Assembly: GCA_944392145.1 (NCBI GenBank)
Contig: CALXVS010000004.1
Coordinates: forward strand, 5,833-69,832
DNA length: 64,000 nucleotides
Origin: an uncultured Alphaproteobacteria bacterium
GTDB taxonomy: Bacteria; Pseudomonadota; Alphaproteobacteria; CAAHEQ01; UBA3637
Direction: 5' to 3'
Part shown: positions 58,620 through 64,000 of the stretch, in pieces
How positions within the stretch are numbered: position 1 is the stretch's first letter
Layout: each line of letters opens with the position of its first letter
Made by a program: the position numbers and the translations under genes
The notes under the pieces: generated by a model
Seen by the model: the letters and a program-made list of their open reading frames with translations, nothing else
What the model was told of the DNA's origin: nothing
Database searches by the model: none

Positions 58620-61139
58620 ATGATAGAGATGCTGGGAGTACTGGTTATTGTAGGTGTATTGAGCGTAGCGGCATTATTTGGATTTACCTATGCGATGAAC
58701 AAGTATAAAGCGAACGAGACGATTCATGATGTGATGTTACGTGCTTCGAATGTCCCGATGATAGATGAGTATTATCAGATACGACCGACAAATTATGCAT
58801 TTAAATTTCCGGATTTACAGGATGAGTTGTCTTCTATGGGGTATACGATGAAGACATTAAAGACGGATGAATTTGGGTATGTGTATAAGGTGGAAGCCCC
58901 TTCGGTGCCGAGACGGATATGCAGTTTAATTTTACAGATGGAACCGACGGACATAGATGAGATCCGGATAGGGACGGAGAAGATATTATATACGGCGGGA
59001 CATTCAGAGCTATGTGAAGAGTACAAGGATAGTTCAACGGAAAGCACGATGATGACCTTTTACTTTGAACGGGGTTGTGAGACGAATGCGGACTGTAGTA
59101 AGTGTCAAGAATGTTATCAAGGTCGTTGTAAAGCGAACTATGATTTACCGGGATGTGGAGAACCTGTAGAATGTAATGGAGATGATGATTGTCCGGATGG
59201 TTTATGTTGTCGTGATGGTTCTTGTACGACGAATTGTGGTATAGAAACATGTGATCCACCTTGTGATGAGTGTCACACATGTGATGAGAGTTTGCGTCAA
59301 TGTATTAAGAATACTTGTTCTATAGAGAGTTGTCCTGAGGGGCAAGAAGCGAGTGGCTATGATAAGTGTGGATGTATAGAAGGCTGTATAGAGAAGTGTC
59401 CAGATTTGAAGTGTAATGAGGAATGCACAGTCCCGAATTACGACACCTGTAGTTGTGAGGCGGATTCGGATCCCTGTTGTGGGTTCGAAGGAGCTGCGTT
59501 GACTTGCTGTCTAGGAGGATTGAGTTGCACGGAGCCGTGTCAAGAGGCGAATTACGAGAGTTGTACCTGTGAACCGAAGGTTTGTACATTAGAATGTAAA
59601 GAAGGGGAAGAAGCGACGGGGTATGATAGTTGTGGCTGTCCGACGGGTTGTTCTCGTCCGTGTACAGATGATTGGGAGTGTAATGGGTTTTGTTCAGTTT
59701 GTGAGGGAGGATATTGTGTAGATAAGACGGAGCAACAAGATATATCGGAATGTTGTGATGGTAGTTCATACACGAGTTGTTGTCCGTTAAATGGGAATAA
59801 TTGTGGTTGTACGCCCAATACATGTGCTTTAGTTGTTTCAGAGATACCGGTTGGTCAAGAGGCCTGTTATGAGAATGTTCCTGAAGGAGGAGAGATATGT
59901 GGTGAAGTCTGTTCTGGAGGGTATAAGAAGAAAGCGTGTCCGAGTGGGGATCATTGTCCTGAAGGAGAACGAGAGATAGGGCGAGATGAATGTGGATGCC
60001 CCTATTGTGAACCATGTCCTGATGGTGAATTTTCTTGTGGGACGGAATGTTGTAATGCTGCTAGCGAAACTTGTTGTGGAGGGAGTATTTGTTGTCCGGT
60101 AGGGCATGCCTGTTGTGAAGGGGTATGTTGTGGAGAGGGGCAAACTTGTGGAAATAATGGTGTTTGTTGTTCTCCTTGTGAATTGACATGTTTAGGACAA
60201 GGCTTAGAATTAGACGCTTGTGGGTGTCCGACTATTTGCGGTTGTGATGATGAAAAACAATGTCGTGCAAATGAAATCACTGAAGATGACAATATTGACT
60301 GTTGTGAATTTGTAGGCGGTGTTTACCATGATAACCATTGTTGTTCAACAGATCTTCCTTATTGGTCTGACGAAGAAAAAAAATGTGTAAAATGTTTAAT
60401 TGATCAGCATTGTCAAGAACGGAAGGATGGAAAAATAAGGTGTAATCAAGAAACAAAAATATGTGAATGTCCGGAAGATAAACCTTATTTTTCAGGAGAA
60501 AAATGTGTCGAATGCTTAAATAATGCAAATTGTTCAGATAGAACGGACGGAAAAACGCAATGTGATACAGAAACTTATACTTGTATTTCTGGTTGTATTT
60601 CTTTAGGAGAAACATGTGAAAAAGACAATGGAGAAGGTGGCCTTTGTGTTAAGGAGAGCAATTCTTCTTCTACACTTGTTTGTTGTTCAGTTGATAAAAT
60701 GGTTGTGAAACTTAATGGCATCGGATGTCCAGCTTCTCCACCAAATCAATATAAAGAATGTTGCGAGGATGGTAAAGTTTATCGTCCTAAATCAGTTGGA
60801 ACTGGTTGCTGTCGTTCTCCTAATGTTTGGATGTCGTCTGTTTCTTCTCTTTCTTTTTCCTCTAAACACTGTGATATTCCTCTTCCAGATGAGTATTTGA
60901 TGAGATCATGTTGTTGCCCTGGTCTAAATTATATTTGTTCTGAAACAGGAGATTGTGTAAAGATAGATGAAGTGGATGATATCGGAGAATGTACAGAAAT
61001 ATGTACAAGGACTGATAAGTTGTATAAAGTTTGTTGTAAAGGTGGAACGCCGACACAAACAGCAGGTGGATGGTATAGCTGTCCAGGATGTGAATGTACG
61101 GAAGCTTTATTGCCGGAAACTTGCTCCTTTGGTGGTTAA
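58620..61139 (+). CDS. Giant cysteine-rich protein (839 aa from first ATG) with type IV pilin-like N-terminal helix
   Basis: '(GRS)MIEMLGVLVIVGVLSVAALFGFTYAMNKYKANETI' homologous to the N-terminus of the 28193 protein. ~120 Cys (~15 %) in CxxC, CC and CxC arrays. AGA/AGG/ATA-rich codon usage unlike the core genes. In-frame upstream extension to 58530 lacks a canonical start. Confidence 0.6.
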   Translation: MIEMLGVLVIVGVLSVAALFGFTYAMNKYKANETIHDVMLRASNVPMIDEYYQIRPTNYAFKFPDLQDELSSMGYTMKTLKTDEFGYVYKVEAPSVPRRICSLILQMEPTDIDEIRIGTEKILYTAGHSELCEEYKDSSTESTMMTFYFERGCETNADCSKCQECYQGRCKANYDLPGCGEPVECNGDDDCPDGLCCRDGSCTTNCGIETCDPPCDECHTCDESLRQCIKNTCSIESCPEGQEASGYDKCGCIEGCIEKCPDLKCNEECTVPNYDTCSCEADSDPCCGFEGAALTCCLGGLSCTEPCQEANYESCTCEPKVCTLECKEGEEATGYDSCGCPTGCSRPCTDDWECNGFCSVCEGGYCVDKTEQQDISECCDGSSYTSCCPLNGNNCGCTPNTCALVVSEIPVGQEACYENVPEGGEICGEVCSGGYKKKACPSGDHCPEGEREIGRDECGCPYCEPCPDGEFSCGTECCNAASETCCGGSICCPVGHACCEGVCCGEGQTCGNNGVCCSPCELTCLGQGLELDACGCPTICGCDDEKQCRANEITEDDNIDCCEFVGGVYHDNHCCSTDLPYWSDEEKKCVKCLIDQHCQERKDGKIRCNQETKICECPEDKPYFSGEKCVECLNNANCSDRTDGKTQCDTETYTCISGCISLGETCEKDNGEGGLCVKESNSSSTLVCCSVDKMVVKLNGIGCPASPPNQYKECCEDGKVYRPKSVGTGCCRSPNVWMSSVSSLSFSSKHCDIPLPDEYLMRSCCCPGLNYICSETGDCVKIDEVDDIGECTEICTRTDKLYKVCCKGGTPTQTAGGWYSCPGCECTEALLPETCSFGG

Positions 61140-61297
61140 AAGGTGTTTTATCTTGCTATCTATCGTAAGGGAGACTCTCAATGAAAAGTTTTATTTTCAA
61201 AAATGAAATTTTCTGGAAGTGTTTTTTAGGACAAACTAGTTTCTAGTTTTGTTCAGATAATTAAAACTTTGTTCTTGTGTGTTTTAAGGTAAACTTT

Positions 61298-62095
61298 CTA
61301 TTTTTCAACAGATTTTTTTGAAATTAATGTAGAATAAATAGTAGCTTGTTGGTTGTCTTTTTTATCATAAGTAGAACAAGAGTTTTCTTTTAATAGTTGT
61401 AAAATCTCAGGATCTTGAGGCATATATTGGCCTGTTTTTAAATCTAATCTATTTTGGTAAAGATGCATTGCTTGTTCAGAAGAACGAGCACCTCCATTGA
61501 TTAAGGCTTTTATTGTATGTTTATCTCCATAACGAGCCGCATGCATTAAAAGAGAAGTGCCGTTAGTGTCCGTTTCATTTACATCAGCTCCTTTTTTTAT
61601 AAGAGTTTCAAGAATTGGCGTTAACTCAGGTTTACCATGTGCGGCAATAATAGCTAAGTACAAAGGGGATTGGTTCATATGATTTTTTTTATTAGCTTGT
61701 GCGCCAACATTCAACAATGTTTCAACAAGCTGTGATTTTCCATTCAACACTGCTGCTGTCAGGAGTGTTTGTCCCCACCCATTCTTAATGTCATTTAGTC
61801 CGGGAGCTGTTAGATGTTCTTTTTCAATATGGTGTATAGGAATATTTTTCACGCCGTGATCTGTAAGTATTTGATATTGCCATTGATCTAAAGGAAATGT
61901 CGGTTGATTGAAGAAATCAATTCCATCAAAAGATTGAACTAGTTTTGTTTTTTCGGATTGTTTTTCCGCCGCCTGAGCTGTTTGTGTTTCTAAAGAAAGG
62001 GCCGCAGCTCCAATTAGAATCGTTTTTTTTAATACATCTTTTAAGGACATATTTCCCTCCTTCTCATAGTATAACACAAATAAAAGTATTTTCAA
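61298..62095 (-). CDS. Secreted ankyrin-repeat protein (265 aa)
   Basis: Signal peptide (…AAALSLETQTAQA). ANK units ('GQTLLTAAVLNGKSQLVETLLNVGAQAN', 'GTSLLMHAARYGDKHTIKALINGGA'). Confidence 0.6.
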   Translation of the reverse strand: MKILLFVLYYEKEGNMSLKDVLKKTILIGAAALSLETQTAQAAEKQSEKTKLVQSFDGIDFFNQPTFPLDQWQYQILTDHGVKNIPIHHIEKEHLTAPGLNDIKNGWGQTLLTAAVLNGKSQLVETLLNVGAQANKKNHMNQSPLYLAIIAAHGKPELTPILETLIKKGADVNETDTNGTSLLMHAARYGDKHTIKALINGGARSSEQAMHLYQNRLDLKTGQYMPQDPEILQLLKENSCSTYDKKDNQQATIYSTLISKKSVEK

Positions 62096-62259
62096 ATAGT
62101 TTTTTCATATTTTATGAAAAAACTAAAAGAGGAGATGAAACTGAATATGAATTTTTATTTGATATGAAAAAAGAAGGAGAGGTTTTTTCTTTGATGTCAA
62201 GTTCTATAAAAAAATCAGGTGTTGATAGGTTTTACTGATGTTGTCAATTGATTTTTTTC

Positions 62260-63396
62260 TTAAAAAATATGTTGTTCTTTAGGTGTATCAAAGACAATAC
62301 TTTCAAATAAATTTTTTATTTCATCAGCCGCATTAGCAGCATTTGATACATTATCCCATAAAGTTTCAGGTATTTTTCCTTTGTTTTCATATATAAAGAG
62401 CTTACGATATATGTTATCACCATGTATAATCAATTTATTATCTTCATCCATTTTGGTTAGATTTTCTTTACTAAACAACCACAATCTTTCAGAAAAATAC
62501 TGACCTGATTTACTTGTAAAATCGTACTTAACACCTCCTTGCGTACCTCTTGCCCAGCAGGCTAACATTCTATAATCGCCACGAGGATCATTGTCTGGAT
62601 TTTTATAGGCTTTTTTAGTTTCGTCATCTAATTCAAGAAAATTTGTATTAAAATAATCTTTTGATTTTGAATAGAGAACTAAATATTCGTGAGCTTTACT
62701 AAACCATCTTGCTGAATTATCGCGTCCTCTTTTTCTTTTCCAAACTATTTGTGCTACAAAATTTTCTTCTCCGAAAACCTCATCACAAATACGACGAAGA
62801 TTCGTCACCTCATTATCATCAATGCTGATAAAAATCACACCATCATCACGAAGTAAGTTAGAGGCTAAACGCAAGCGAGGATACATCATATTCAACCAGT
62901 TGGTATGATATCTGCCCATTGTTTCGGGATTTAATTTTGTTGTTTGACTTGTAATTTCTTTATATTTTGCCATTGGGTCCTTAAAATCATCTTCATAAAC
63001 AAAATCATTACCGGTATTATACGGTGGATCAATGTAAATCATCTTAACTTTGCGATAATAGGCTGTTTGTAAAAGTTTCAAAACTTCCAAATTGTCGCCT
63101 TCAATATACAGATTATTGGTGTTTTCAAAATCAACGCTTTCCTCCGGACAAGGACGGAGTGTTCCGGTTGAACGCTTACCTGCAATCCGATAGCATTCAG
63201 ATTTGCCTTTCCATTCAAATTTATACTTTTCAAAGTCGTTGTCTATATATTCGCCACATAAAGACAAAAGTTTATCAATATCCAAATTACCCTCGGTAAA
63301 ACACTCAGGAAAAACCGTTTTCAACTTTTCCTTGTTTACGCCCGTCACATCAAAGCTTTTGCCGTCCATTTTTTGAATTTGAATATCGTCTGCCAT
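62260..63396 (-). pseudogene. Type III Mod methyltransferase N-terminal fragment (378 aa)
   Basis: 'IYIDPPYNTGNDFVYEDDF' (motif IV DPPY) … ends '…IVFDTPKEQHIF*' where the KP…LI region and motif I should follow. Confidence 0.65.
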
Positions 63397-63854
63397 GAAA
63401 ACACCTCATTTATCAGCATAAAATTATAATCCGTCATATTTTAATGACTTCTACCTAAAATTGCAAGAAAATAGTCATTTTTTCAAAAAAAATGAAAATC
63501 TCTTTATATGCTCCAAACACCATGTGTGTAAGTTATAAAAAATTTAAACTCCTTATAAAATAAGGCTTTTAGAGGTATGTGTAAATTGTGGTATCAGTTT
63601 TTGGGTTTCTAAACCAACCAGTGCTTGGCAAGATTCGGAAAGTTAATGTCATACCATTACAATCAATTATTCAAAAACAATAACTTACGGTCAAGTGGCT
63701 CTGGCGAAAAAATCACATTGCACAAGGTATATATATTCGGGCAAAAGTATATATCAATTTGGAAAAATCTCGGCAACCACATCGATTTTGGTATAAAATC
63801 ACTTTTTAACAGTTGGCTGTCCTAGGGCTTTGCAGGGGATTTAGATAATAAAAA

Positions 63855-63881
63855 AAGCGAAAGTATAAACTTCCGCTTTTT
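63855..63881 (+). terminator. Hairpin AGCGAAAGT-ataa-ACTTCCGCT + TTTTT
   Basis: 9-bp stem with one mismatch, T-run. Confidence 0.35.
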
Positions 63882-64000
63882 GATATTGGTCGGCGACATC
63901 TAGGGAAAATCCCTACTTTGATACAGCCTCGTTTTCATTTAGATGAATTATAGCGATATAACGCTGAAAACACTAGGGCTTTCTCAATTTTTACAAACCA

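Larger units (their letters stand above)
57709..62277. mobile_element. 4.57-kb insertion splitting the type III mod gene, flanked by 5-bp direct repeat TTTAG (57704-57708 and 62278-62282)
   Basis: Joining flanks restores an uninterrupted mod frame (…FDTPK|PIPYIKEM…). Cargo: groEL fragment, terminator, Cys-rich pilin-like gene, ankyrin gene. No transposase or terminal inverted repeats seen. Confidence 0.5.

Noticed and set aside
59320-60615. Several minus-strand ORFs (88-231 aa; His/Pro/Ser-rich) antisense to the Cys-rich gene
   Set aside because: TGT/TGC-rich sense strand gives stop-poor antisense frames. No start or RBS context or motif support.

Overview
Reading of a 64-kb window from a low-GC Gram-negative genome. 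Gene order (lptG-lptD-surA, xerD near aroK, rsmI/yraN/BON-lipoprotein/lpoA block) points to an alphaproteobacterium. The two ankyrin-repeat proteins and the T4SS point to an intracellular, Rickettsiales/Holosporales-like lifestyle; both points are inference.

Left third (1-15 kb): a type IV secretion locus on the minus strand. It comprises seven signal-peptide-bearing coiled-coil or low-complexity proteins, two VirB8-like paralogs flanking a 63-aa lipoprotein (the arrangement of the Rickettsiales rvh system), a VirB9-like protein, and a giant membrane-anchored tandem-repeat protein whose reading frame of more than 1800 codons runs off the window edge (positional VirB10/CagY/DotG candidate).

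Middle (15-34 kb): housekeeping genes folD, surA, lptD, lptG, xerD, aroK, a CBS/DUF21 transporter, a BON-domain lipoprotein, yraN, rsmI, an LpoA-like protein and pyrG. Also here are a prepilin-like cysteine-rich lectin-like secreted protein, a secreted lysozyme-like protein and an ankyrin-repeat protein.

Right half (34-64 kb) is accessory and mosaic:
- a ~30 % GC 'sulfation' island (split ChrA transporter, cysDN, a cysteine-rich lectin-like protein, an arylsulfotransferase) bordered by a frameshifted resolvase;
- a decayed integrative element or prophage (frameshifted DUF2924, truncated large serine recombinase, portal fragment, S49 protease, lysis-cassette-like genes, HU);
- a complete diversity-generating retroelement (avd - TR - RT - target). 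Its 119-bp template repeat (TR) and variable repeat (VR) differ almost only at TR adenines, and the VR lies in the N-terminal region of a MoxR-like AAA+ ATPase that is followed by a metallopeptidase-VWA partner;
- a decayed type III restriction-modification locus (res frameshifted). Its mod gene is split by a 4.6-kb insertion flanked by a 5-bp TTTAG duplication. The insertion carries a groEL 3' fragment, an 839-aa protein of ~15 % cysteine with a pilin-like N-terminus and a C8 tract in its leader, and a secreted ankyrin-repeat protein.

No rRNA, tRNA or CRISPR array was recognised.
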